This document shows positions 52,420 to 64,000 of a stretch of 64,000 nt of DNA, in pieces. The translations under genes were made by a program, and so were the position numbers. Each line of letters opens with the position of its first letter. Position 1 is the first letter of the stretch. Source of the stretch: Glycera tridactyla (Eukaryota). The notes beneath the pieces are model-generated. The model was not told the origin of the DNA, ran no database searches, and saw only the letters and a list, made by a program, of their open reading frames with translations. Location: positions 128,092,001 through 128,156,000 of the forward strand of contig OZ286459.1 in the NCBI GenBank assembly GCA_965644265.1. The letters run 5' to 3'.

Positions 52420-55175
52420 TCGGCAGGTGGAATCAGGTGAAAATATATATCGGGTGAAAGTTCTGAAAATATGAACTTTTACAACTGAAATGTGACTGCA
52501 TTGCATCATCAATTGACCTCGTCAGCTTCTGTTTATTTCGGAATTAGAAGGAATTAGCATTAGACGGAATGTGTTATCATGATTGGTTGAAACTGGGTGG
52601 TACCAGGAGCAGAAGAAGGTGGTGCTCTCATTCGTAGATGTTGTTACAAGATGGCTGTTTATTGCCTTAGTTGGTTGTGGTGAAGTTAGTGGAATGCCTA
52701 CTATTTAATTCTTCATTGGTTAGGGAAAAGTTTTTGGTGTTTGTTTTAGCCAAGCCCAGGGCTCATTTCACCCACTCATCCTGTGGCTGTGATGCCTGCA
52801 GTTGTGACCCTATGGGTATGAGAATCGGACCTCAGGCTTTTTGTAGTCCTAAATGGGTCCATCTGTTCATGGTGTTGGTGACGGGTGTTGGTGTTGTAGA
52901 ACAGTGTATTCCACAAGATAATACAATTGTGGAGACTTCTGTAAATAGCTTATTTGGTACAGCTAAACTACACACATTTTATGGAGGTCAGTTATAATTA
53001 GTTTGCCCAAAACAGTAGGTGCTTTGATTTGTTTGTTGTTCCCATGTTTTGGACACCATGCATGCTGTTTCATGCATGGAATATGAATCCCAAATTTTTT
53101 CTTCATTATCTTGAATGGGATGTTGTGAAATCAACTTTAGCAACATATCATAGAATAATGGAATCAAAACCCAATTTGATTCATTCACTTGATTCACTTC
53201 TAGAATTTGCTGCTGTAATATATTGGAAACCCTGAAAGGGTCAGTCTTGTGAACAAGGTCATGTGAAAAAGTACCTATCTGCCTTGGTGAAATCTGTCTG
53301 AATTTGCAAGTGTGGCTGAGATTCATCTATCAAAGGAACCAATGGGTTGGGGAACTTCTGTTTATCACTAAATAAGACATGCTAATGAGATGAATTGATG
53401 AGAGACATGAAGTGAAATGGCATGTGAGTGTTGGAAACTTGCCCATAGCAAATTACCAAGTTCTCATCCATTGTGTCATTGCTGTTGTTCTCAGAGCAAA
53501 ATTTGCTGTTGAGTTGACAGAGTGTGAAGGAACTGTCATCTGGTGGCTGTCATCTGTTATTGAGAATCACCTCAATATGATGTAAGACAGATGTACTATG
53601 ACCTTTTCTTGAAGCTGATGATGTATTTTCGTCTCCTCCTGCTCCCTCATCACACTTATCTTGTCACCTGTGGAGTTGAGGTCAGCAAGATTCCACAGTG
53701 CAGGACACATGTGTCAACATGGAATGTTAATTTGGATCAGATTAATGGGTGATGAGTGGCTATTGGCTAAAGAAATATGCCCGACTTATCCTCTCCCTAG
53801 AACTACATAACCTCTCCAATGTGCAGCTCAGTTAAAGAGGGCTCTTTGCTACTCTCAGATGCTAGGATATCTGGAAGGTGTTCATCCTAAGCCTTTCATT
53901 GTCCCTTGGCAAATGCAATTAGTTTGTGAGCTCCTGTTAGAAGTGGGAGCATGTGATAGGATACACTGTTTGATACTTAGAAGAGTGTGTTGGCCACTGT
54001 CCTGATTCAAACTGGGACAGGAATATTTCTTGAACCTAATATCTTTTTTGCGTTTTGCACAAATCTGTAAGAATTGAAGTTGGCCTCATTAGGGTGTCAT
54101 TTGGAATAATTCTTCTCATTCATGTAATTCGATGACATTCCTGTGTTGCTGAATTAGAAAACTGAAATTGGATTTAATACATATCAGAATTATCTCAAGT
54201 CCAAAAAAAACGCTAGAATTCATTCAATCCGAGTAAAAATTCAGTCCGATAACCCAATGTGGGACCACATCCAGTGATGTCAAATTGATCAAAGGCAAAC
54301 GTACAGCTGGTGAAAAACTGGGCAAAAACTGAACAACCAACTCAAACATGTAGCAAAAATAATTTCTGCTACTATTGGTAAACTTGTTGAAGATGGGGGT
54401 GCTGGTTTATCTCAATCTAAGGCACAATTAGGAAACCGACAGAGTTGAAAGTATTTTGATTGACAGGAAGATAGGTACGTGAAGGTCAGAGTGAACCTCT
54501 GTTGAGGTCAAATGATCTGCTAAGGGCTGTAGTGAAAGATCAACATGCTTCCTATCTGGTGTTGAGGATGCTGATGGATTCAGAGTGGGGTTGGAGGGAA
54601 GAGGGAGGGATGGAAGGAGGGAAGGAGGGAGGGAGATAGAGGGCAGTGGGCATGGGTGGAGGATCTGCCAAAATCTCACCTGACCCCTACCAGAGGTTAG
54701 GATTCAAGCTGTATTGTGGCATACCAAAGTATTCCATCGGAGAGATGTAAATTCACACTCTTTAATGAAATTTGAAATATCCACCCAGAGCAACTACTGT
54801 GTTTGTGGAGATCCTGTGAGCCACACATTTTTGTTCCTCACACTAGCCCAATTATACTCTCTCATTCCACCTACATGAAAATGTGCAATGAAGTATGGAA
54901 ATAAATCGTCGGTTATTCAAAGCATCTCCTGGGGATGTGATGAACCAGTGCATCTGTCACTTTTCAGAGTACCCCATCCCAATTTTTCTCTTCCTTTTTA
55001 CCATTATAATGAATTTTGTCAATTGAATATACAGGTATATAGGGAGGATTTTCAAATGTTGGTAGATGGATGTTGTTTCTGTCCCTTTGGATGGGATTCC
55101 ACTCACTGTTGTGATTCATCTGGTTCCAACGTTGATGACCATTGACTGATCATTTGATTTTCTTGTTTGTTTCAG

Positions 55176-55265
55176 GACGCACCCAGTTCTGTATCATTAG
55201 GGCTTCGAATGGAAGAAATGATATTTAATCTCGCAGATACACACCTATTCTTTAATGATCTAGAG
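55176..55265 (+). CDS. eya: eya exon F: [30 protein letters not shown] (EYA domain)
   Basis: Acceptor ttcttgtttgtttcag|, donor GAG|gtaagt, 90 nt, phase 0/0. Near-identical to the corresponding EYA domain segment. Confidence 0.98.
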
Positions 55266-56040
55266 GTAAGTGAGTGCATTCATCTCATATTACATGAGAT
55301 ATTTTATTGTGAGCTGAGTCTGGTGCACAATATAGGTAACTCAGGAATTTACCTAATTTTTCTGTTGCTTCTGTCAATTGAGTGGAAAAATTGTGAAAAT
55401 TTTCAGAAGAACTATGGGATTCCATCGTCTGATAATCCTGAAATGGATTCCAAACTCAGCCACCATTGATGTTTGTATATTATAATTTTATAACTTGTCT
55501 TTGGGTGATTACTCAATCTGTGTGTTCTGTCTGCCAAATATTGGATGGTCAAAGTTCAAGATTGTATGATGGATACTGCTTTTGTTTGATCCTGAATACA
55601 GATGTTGCAATTTATTTAGCTATTTTATTTTTGAAAACTGCTGATGTCTTTCAAAATAAAGGTCACATATGCTACATTCCCTGTTTTTGGACATCTGGCT
55701 TGATACAATTTCTCTATTGTCCGTAAAATGATGACTAATATTTTACGGAGCCAGTTACGTGTAACAGATGATTGCATTTGTGATTTCTGTCATTTGGAAT
55801 TCGGTAGCTCGCTGTGGGTGTGTGGACTTATTGACATGGCAATCTCAAGGTGTTATCCTGTGTTAAACAAGAACTCTAAATACTGCACTAAAAAGTCCTA
55901 GCCTCCAGCTGACGAGATCAAAGCGAATCATCGGGCCTTCATCTAGCATGCCAACAAAACATCCCACTGACAACATTCCCAATCCAATAGCATCCAAAAC
56001 CTCCAATTCATTCGCTTAATTTAGGATCCTCCTGACAAAT

Positions 56041-56400
56041 TTGAATTCAGATAAAAGTTTGCTCAATCGATCTGTGTGTTGAAACAGTGCGGCGGGAGTA
56101 CACACTGCGACGTGTGTGCGTCGGAAGAACAGCCCAGACATGGTCTTGTACATCGAGCCCCTAATGGACCTTGCTAAAATACACGCTGCCACAATAGGAA
56201 ATTATCTTTCCATGTAATTTTTAAAATATTGACCAAGATGAGGCCGGCGAATGGCAGTTGAGCACGGTAACGGAACTACGTCCTCGTGGCTGGCAGCCGT
56301 GTGTTTAATCAGTTCGCCGTCAGCGTCGCATCCCAACTCGTCAATATAGATGGAACCCATGAACAACGCATCTCCCGCAGTGGCTAGAACCAGTTAGAAA
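56041..56400. promoter_or_regulatory. CpG-rich intronic patch 0.8 kb downstream of exon F
   Basis: 23 CpG in 360 bp. Confidence 0.35.
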
Positions 56401-57543
56401 ATGTTCAAGAAAGTTTGCAATCGATTAAAATAACTGGTCAATATTTCTAACCAGCATTCACTTCTGCTTCTAATCACAGCAAGAATTGCTCAGAAGTGTG
56501 GTTATTGTCAGTCACTCTGACTAGTTTATGTCATTCTCTCTTGTCATCACTGCCAGAAAGTGGCTCCCACACATGGCATTCGAAAATGGAAAATATGANN
56601 NNNNNNNNNNNNNNNNNNNNNNNNNNNNNNNNNNNNNNNNNNNNNNNNNNNNNNNNNNNNNNNNNNNNNNNNNNNNNNNNNNNNNNNNNNNNNNNNNNNN
56701 NNNNNNNNNNNNNNNNNNNNNNNNNNNNNNNNNNNNNNNNNNNNNNNNNNNNNNNNNNNNNNNNNNNNNNNNNNNNNNNNNNNNNNNNNNNNNNNNNNNN
56801 NNNNNNNNNNNNNNTCCCATGAAAATATTTGTTAGGGTTAACCGATGTGGATGGATTTACACAAGACATGATTGATACCATATCTAATTTATGCACCATC
56901 TTGCCCGGAGTAGTTCTCCCCAATTTCCATACTGCTTCCAATAAACAGTCAGTCCCTGCCAGTGTAAATCTATCATCTGTTATACTTCAACAATTGTTGA
57001 TTGAATTAATAATTGCACAAGAGCAGGAGGAAAGATGCCAGCATAAATTATGAAATAATTTTTAACTCATTAACGATCTTTCGGATGCTGCTCGTTAGAC
57101 GTACTTCATCATGGGGCTGTCAGTTTTATTTGTAAAGACGTTATTGAGCCCCTTTATTTGACATCCTGGCGTGTGACGGTTAGGGCTTCCCTTGCATTTC
57201 AAGTAGCCTCTATAGCACACAATTCCCCTTCATACATGTACAGTAGTCCAAAACTCCTCATTATGAAAACCCCTATCTTCAGTTGATTCCAATTGGGTGT
57301 GAGCTGTTCATGAAGGAAGCAAATCGCAGTTGGCTGGTTGTGTGCCCTTGTCGGAGCTGACTCAACTGGATCACTGTCACCATTTCTTGTCATATGATTT
57401 TGAAGTTCTTGTTCATGCATCATTTTGGGCTATTATTGTACCAGATGATGGACATGAATTCAGATATGTAACCCTGCAATGATCATCACAATAGAAGAAA
57501 ACTATTAGCAGTTGATTATGGTCCACTTTATTTCTCATGTCAT

Positions 57544-57709
57544 GGATGTAGATTATTCCAGGGATCCACAGATTTCTGTGCCCAGTTTTTGATCAGAAAT
57601 GGAACAAGCATTTTATGCTGATTATTTTGGCTTTTAGATCATGAGAATTGGACCAGAATTAGTGGAGACAGGGCTCAGAGTTTGTATTGAGCCAGTATTT
57701 AGCAGTTGG
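57544..57709 (+). repeat. Dispersed repeat, copy 2 (unclassified)
   Basis: Homologous to 50301-50488, same orientation, 7.2 kb apart. Confidence 0.8.
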
Positions 57710-57907
57710 TGAAACATGGCTCTGGCCAAGTTTTCAGGGTTTTTGGTTGTGAGCCAATCACATCCCTGTTATGTCTGCCNNNNNNNNNNNNNNNNNNNNN
57801 NNNNNNNNNNNNNNNNNNNNNNNNNNNNNNNNNNNNNNNNNNNNNNNNNNNNNNNNNNNNNNNNNNNNNNNNNNNNNNNNNNNNNNNNNNNNNNNNNNNN
57901 NNNNNNN

Positions 57908-57920
57908 GCACATGCACGCC

Positions 57921-57984
<64 letters not shown>
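57908..57984. repeat. (CA)n microsatellite abutting an N gap
   Basis: Direct reading. Confidence 0.97.
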
Positions 57985-57985
<1 letters not shown>

Positions 57986-60900
57986 TCAGCAGGTCTGATG
58001 ATCTACTTGACTTTTCAATTTCTATTTAGTTTCCCCCCCCCCCATTCTCTGTTGATAATTCCCCGATAATTCATCAGTGGCTCCTGCTGCTGCATTGCTT
58101 GGCTTGTCGGCTCCCTACTGTCGCTGCCTATTTAATTAAGCTATTGTACAACTTGACATAATGGACCCATCCATTTTGTAAATTAAATCTCAAACAAACG
58201 GTGGTGACTGTTTGTGTGCCTGCCTATTGCCATTTGTCCTCATTGGTTGAGGAGGGACTAACATTGCCAGGCCGGCACTACTTATTTTAATTGTTCTTGG
58301 ATGTTATCAGCCAATCCTACATGTAAACTAGCAGTGATGGTATGGAGGCCTCTTCAACTATCTATTATATGCATTTTTCCCCATCAGAATGCCAAGTATT
58401 TAGCTGTTGTGAGCAACTGTTTGAGTTCACATTTTCCTTCCAACTCTCGCAATCTCAAATCTCATGAAATATATCCTCTTAGACTCATTTTTGGGTGCAT
58501 TCCGGATTTGTGTTATTATCCTCAGTTGCACAGGGTTTCTTTATGCCTGTTTTGAATGTTCCTGCCTTTCAACTAATCGGTCCTCTATTCACAATGTCCC
58601 CCATGCCTTGTCCCAAAGGAGCAGTTGCTCCAGAGTTGACTCAGTATATACATAGTTGAAGACAGCCGCTTTCTTCATGACACTTCAGATCATCTTTCTT
58701 GCAGCTGGAAATTTGCATAGAATTTTTTTTTATGAATTTTTGCAGCGTCTTACCTGCAGAAATATCTCAGCTGTGAATTTGAGATGGCCTTTGTGTCTGG
58801 GGGCATGAAGGGTGAAAGATATAAGAGGGTAGAAGGGGACAAAGTTGGCCGTACATTCGGGTCACGTTGTCAGCAGTCGGCAGTGCCAATAGTTGCCCTC
58901 CGTTAATCCCTTACTTAAACAGGCCTGCGAAAACACAGCTTGCCTCCACCCAGAACCTCTCAATGGCACCCTTTCTCTCTATCTCAAACAAGCCCTCTGT
59001 TTTCATCCTCCTAGCCTCTATTTAACTAAGCCATTGACTGCTGGACTTTTTAAACCGGTTTTGTTAATGTCGGAAGCGACTTATTGACGAAGCAGCTAAA
59101 CGTTCACAATCCAATAGGTCATGTGTATGTTGAAGGTAGGCAAGTGTCAATAGGGCATCGGAAGATCAACCTAAACCTATCAGTACCCTTCATTGACTCC
59201 GGTGATGATGATTCTCGAAATGAAAAGTCAGAAAATCGGAATGATAATTTTGTTTTATTTTTGTTTTGAATTATTAGTTATTTAATTTCAGATTTCACTT
59301 TGAAGCAAGTTCACCTCTGTATCTCATACCTCAGTACTGAAGTACCCGATTTTGAGAATTTAACAACCTGCACATCAGGCGACTTTCATGGTGAACCTTA
59401 TTCACTGATCTTTCCCAGGAAAACACCATATGTGTGGTACATGGGAAATTCCTTATATCTAAAGAAACTTCTTTCTCTCTTCTCATTGCACAAGTAATTT
59501 ATTGATATTATAGAATTGAAATCCTGAGGAAAACACAATGTCTAAATTTCATGCCTCACATCATGCGTTATAATTTTAGAATTGATTAGTTCTGTTCATT
59601 GTTGAGTGGAGTGGAAAAACTACCACTGCATGACTGGATTAGGGGATATTTTTGTAGCTGTGGCAGAGGTGCCTGTAGGTCTGCCCCAGCATTACAGAGG
59701 ACACTACCCTTGAGACACAGGTCTTTTGTGTGTGTGTGAGAGGAAACTAGTTCTGTAATACCATCTCATCTGCTGCAGGAAGATGAGCATCTTCTCCTGG
59801 GAGAGGATTGGAGATTTCAGCATGAGGCAGTCTAATCTAATAAATAGAGAAATCATGCACGCTCTCCAAACTCCACATGGGATCTGCCCTCTTGAAATCA
59901 AAATTGGATTGTGTATCCTCGTGACATGACAGACAAATTAATCATTCCATGCAATGCCCTGTTCCATTCCGCTCGTTGAATGTTCATATTCTATTCTTAG
60001 TTTTCAATCAGTAATTTTTAGATGTTTTGTGGTTTAATTACCAAAATTTGTATCAAAACAAATCTCATCTATCATACAACGATCTACAATGAAATGTTCC
60101 CCGCCAATCTAGAAAAAAAAGCATGCACCTGGATGAAGATGCAAAGCAAACTTAAAAAGTTCAACAAAATGGGAATGGAATACATGTAATCACATGGGAA
60201 CAAATTATTGTGATATTTACATCAGATGTCATTAAAATTTGCTTGTAAAATATTGATCCAATCAATATTTATCATGTAGCTGGTAGAAACAAATGTTGGT
60301 TCGTTCACAACAGGAAACATTGATGTTTACTTTTACACAATGCTTCACAAGATAGCTAGGGTCTGCAGATGCAATCTTCTGTTAGGTTTTTATTATTTCA
60401 ATCACCATATGTTTTATGTTGGCTCCACAGAAGTTTTAATTATCACAGAATATCATGTAATTTTACAGTATATTTGCAGAATTGATTGTGCAAAAGGATG
60501 GACATTTATTCAAAAATTGCAGTCACTGTCACCTAGTGGCAAAAGGAGTTAACGTGCCACATTATCACTCACCTTGAGAGGTTGATATTGACATGAAGTG
60601 GTGGGGGTCGTTACCACGGTAGCCAAGTAAACTCTCTGGTGGATGTTTGGCACCCCACAAGTGGGTTTCAAACTGCATGTTGGGGGGTGTTCGACTGGCT
60701 GTGAACCTGCCATCACTACCCATAGCGCACCCCATTTACTCATTAAAACCCTTGGGCCTGCACTTACTCCGTACACTTGAAGGTGACAACAGTGACTGAT
60801 TATCACAAATCTCACCATCAACATCAAATAGAGGGTTCTCGATAAAATCGCGTGCGCATGTATCAGGTGTATAAGGCTAATGGACATGAAAAGAACAAAG

Positions 60901-63900
60901 TGCACACACAAAAACCACCTCTCCACCCATGTACAATAATCCATGTACACAGCCTAGCTTTGAGATCTATAATTGTAGTAGATTCACTTTTGTATTTATC
61001 CTGATTTCTGAGAGGCAGTATATTTGTAACCGCAGCTTCAAACTAAGCTTAGGTGAGAATTTTTGCATGGGTGGCACATGAGCAGAGCTTCAGATTTTCT
61101 GACACATTATTGGTCCGATATAGATAATGAATTAGAAATATCGTGGGCCATAACTCAATATGATGTGCCATTTCCCATTTATCAATGGTTAAGAGGGACA
61201 AAATAGCTGGGCCAGTGGACCTATAATGGGTATAAAAGGCGAAAATGGAGGCCGAGGGTCCAAGCCCACCAACAATCTGAATCTCTGCCTAAGCAAGCCC
61301 CATGTTGGTTGTCATGGCAGGAAGGCCATGGTTGTTGTACTAGTGCCCATAGTTGGCATATCTCACTTGCAGAGTGTCCAGGCTCTCCTGGGTGGGCCCA
61401 AGGCAGGTCCCACTGGGAGAGTATCCTACACCACTGACCTTTGCACACTTCCTGGACATTTGAGAGCGTGGCATCGATAATGAGAGCATGTCTCTATGAG
61501 CCAGCCTGCCATCGAACATGTCGCTTTTAGCGGCAATGCATGGAGCCGCACTCTCAGGATACTGACATGCTGCATGGATGCTGACAACTATTCAGATAAC
61601 CAGCATTCCACACAGTGTGGATTTCATCAAATCCATTTTTCATGCTATTCAAATTATGATATTTGAATACGTCATGCACATTCCTTTGGACATGGAAACC
61701 TATGCATCACCCCATTTGTCACCATCTATATACCAGCCGCAGAGGGTGACCATAAATTGAACATCAAATTTTTAGAATCTGATATCTGATTGTGGCTTGA
61801 ACTGTGATAATAGAGTCATATGTGTCACAAGAATTATCTAAGCTATCAGATAGGAATATTTTCAGTATTTGCATGATATTCAGATGGAAATCAGACACAT
61901 ATTTCTATGACACAAGGTACTCATCCTTCATGAACAGATACTGTATATAGATAAACTAGCTTCCAAATTTATAAGGCAAAATTGTTGTAATTTCAAATAG
62001 TGATATAAAATTCATTTACAATTGCAGTGGTAACTAGTCTGGAATATTTGGTCCGTAAAGATGGACATCTATCCATTGATCATCCAGAAAATAAATGCCT
62101 TCACTTGTCAAGATGAAATTCTAGTATATAATCTGTCGATGGATGACCAAACTTAGAATAGAGTAGTATTCCGAATATGGTGGGATTGCCAAAATTGTGC
62201 ATCAGAGCAGGGAATTCTCTTAGGTTTCCAAACTTATTGAATACTGAATCTGTTCAGTTAGCAGGTGCCCTATGATGTTGGTGTAATAATTGAAAGTTAA
62301 TAGAGAGCATAGTGGGTACATTAAAAGCCTATCAGAGATATTATCATAGCACCCATGTTGCACAGAAGGGGTGCCAAAGTTGGGGCTGATTGTTTCGGTG
62401 TTTCCAGTTCCTGTGATGGGGGAACCCGGCAGAGATCTCCGGGGAAGGTGATGCTTGCCCCGGGGCACTCACTCCAGCATGCACTGCCCACGGCACCACG
62501 GTGTAGCCCAGCAGAATTTTCGAGCTCAGTGAGCGTGAAAAATGTGGGTGTGATTTGAATGGAGGGTTGTATGTTTGGTGTGATGGTCGATTGGTCAAGG
62601 CAGACTCTGAAGTCAGGGGTCAGTGATGACTGACCAGCAGATTTGTAATGACTTGGCAACCTTCCAACTTCCACTGTTGGCACCATTTGTAGGGCTTCCT
62701 CATCCATGGCACTTCATCTCACATGGACTGACCCACACCACAGCATCGACTGATAATAGTACTTGTGACCATTCACCACATTAGACATTTTAGTATTTAT
62801 GTGCTGAATTTATTCACCTTTGGTCATACTTTGCTGACTGTGTGTTCAAAAAGCTTCACTGCTCAGGTTCTGATGAATATGAAGATTTCAGAACTTAGTC
62901 ATTTGATTTTTATATGTTGTGAATTCATTGTTTTTGATTTTGAATTTATTGTCCAGTGATGCCACTCATGGGACTGATGTATACTAATGCTTCATACAGA
63001 AAAATATTTGCTCATGAGGGAAATGAAATTTGAAATTAGACATATCTTGTGATTGTGATGACAACCAGTTGTGAGCTCTGATCTGGAGAATCTCAGTTTG
63101 AGAGGAATTGGTTTCCATATTAAAAATATGTGCGAAAGAAGATGGGTAGTGAAGGTTGATTGTCTTTATAATAAAGAGGAAGGAGGGAGGCAAAGGTTGC
63201 CTCTCGGCAGCATGTGTGCTTATCAGCTGGTGTCCAAGTGGCTCAGATTTGTTCAGGTCTGGGATTCTCCTCATCTAGATTGTAATAACATCGGGCATTG
63301 CTATTTGGTGGTTGTAATCTAATGTAGCTGGTAGAATATACCCTACCTATATACTAGTCCAGCTGATGTCAATGCAGTTCTGCCAATATTATGTTTCTCT
63401 TGAATGCCTGAAGTTGTGTATTTACCCAGGAAGATCAATGGATTTCAAATGAAATTGAAATTTGTGTTATGCCCACAAATATTCTCTTCATTAAAATTGA
63501 TACTGAAATTGAAAATCCAATTTGCTTGCTCTTTCAGAACAGTTCCTTAGCCCTGAAAAATCGTTCATTTCAGCCTTTGGAAGCCATAGAGAATCCTAAG
63601 AATTTCCTGTTGCCTTAAATAAGGGAACCATATTCTATGGATGGAAATTGGTGAACATTTGTGCATCCCTTCATGAAGGATTAGTATGGCAATACTGTTT
63701 CTTCATGATCCCTTGGAATCCTTGCTCCATTCTCCTTTAGTTTCTAGGGGAGACCCCAGTCTTCCAGGTCTCATCTGATGACTGGACAAGCTTGCCTAGT
63801 GGGCTGTGATGTCACTGGTTGGTTGGTTGCCATGGTGCGTGCAGCTCATTATATCATCAGAGAAAGGGCACAGCTAGCGCTAGCCGTTGGATGTCTTCAA

Positions 63901-64000
63901 ACAAATGGGGCATGGCTTTTATGTTGTTGTTCAACTGGCAAATAACAGCCTTCAGTAGCAGCTTGTTGCATGAGCGACATGGTGTCCCCAGATATTAGAC

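Larger units (their letters stand above)
20089..55175 (+). other. 35,087-bp intron between eya exons E and F
   Basis: Exon E ends ...RYGK and exon F begins DAPSS..., contiguous in EYA proteins, so no conserved coding exon is required between them. Confidence 0.92.
6790..55265 (+). other. eya: Partial eyes absent (EYA family) gene, six coding exons recovered; 5' and 3' ends not found in window
   Basis: Spliced translation is open across all six exons with GT-AG introns and matching phases (2|1|0|1|1|0|0). It contains [50 protein letters not shown] and [30 protein letters not shown], recognised as EYA sequence (vertebrate EYA1, from memory: [59 protein letters not shown]). Confidence 0.97.
12128..57907. 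other. Seven N gaps: 12128-12289, 19576-19763, 28752-28923, 42604-42793, 42820-43116, 56599-56814, 57780-57907
   Basis: Direct reading; several are flanked by CT- or CA-type simple sequence, suggesting unresolved or masked repeats. Confidence 0.99.

Noticed and set aside
62321-62707. 128-aa minus-strand ORF in a GC-richer block
   Set aside because: No recognisable homology; overlapping ORFs in several frames reflect GC content.
55266-64000. Next EYA exon (expected ECDQVHIDDV...)
   Set aside because: Not found by eye in any frame; it probably lies beyond the window or, less likely, in an N gap.
1-64000. Conserved metazoan miRNA or snRNA genes
   Set aside because: No mature sequence that I could recognise was seen; a miRBase/Rfam search would be needed to exclude them.

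Overview
Eukaryotic (animal, most likely non-vertebrate) genomic DNA: AT-rich, CpG-depleted in the background, with seven N gaps. The window is essentially the interior of one plus-strand gene, an eyes absent (eya/EYA) transcriptional co-activator and HAD-type tyrosine phosphatase. Six coding exons can be joined with canonical AG/GT sites and consistent phases: 6790-7109, 7763-7929, 8806-8974, 11879-11980, 19940-20088 and 55176-55265 (997 nt, 332 complete codons, no stop). They cover part of the P/S/T/Y-rich N-terminal region, the intact catalytic motif WDLDET and the start of the EYA domain. The start codon exon(s) and the remaining EYA-domain exons were not found and probably lie outside the window. 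The rest is intron: a Tc1/mariner-type MITE family (one complete copy, several fragments), another dispersed repeat, two minisatellites, microsatellites, many poly-G/C runs, short perfect tandem duplications, and several CpG-rich patches. No rRNA, convincing tRNA, CRISPR array or prokaryotic-type system is supported. The best leads are hypotheses inside the 35-kb intron: a promoter-like patch that could start a truncated EYA isoform, candidate recursive or poison splice sites, and CpG-rich candidate enhancers.
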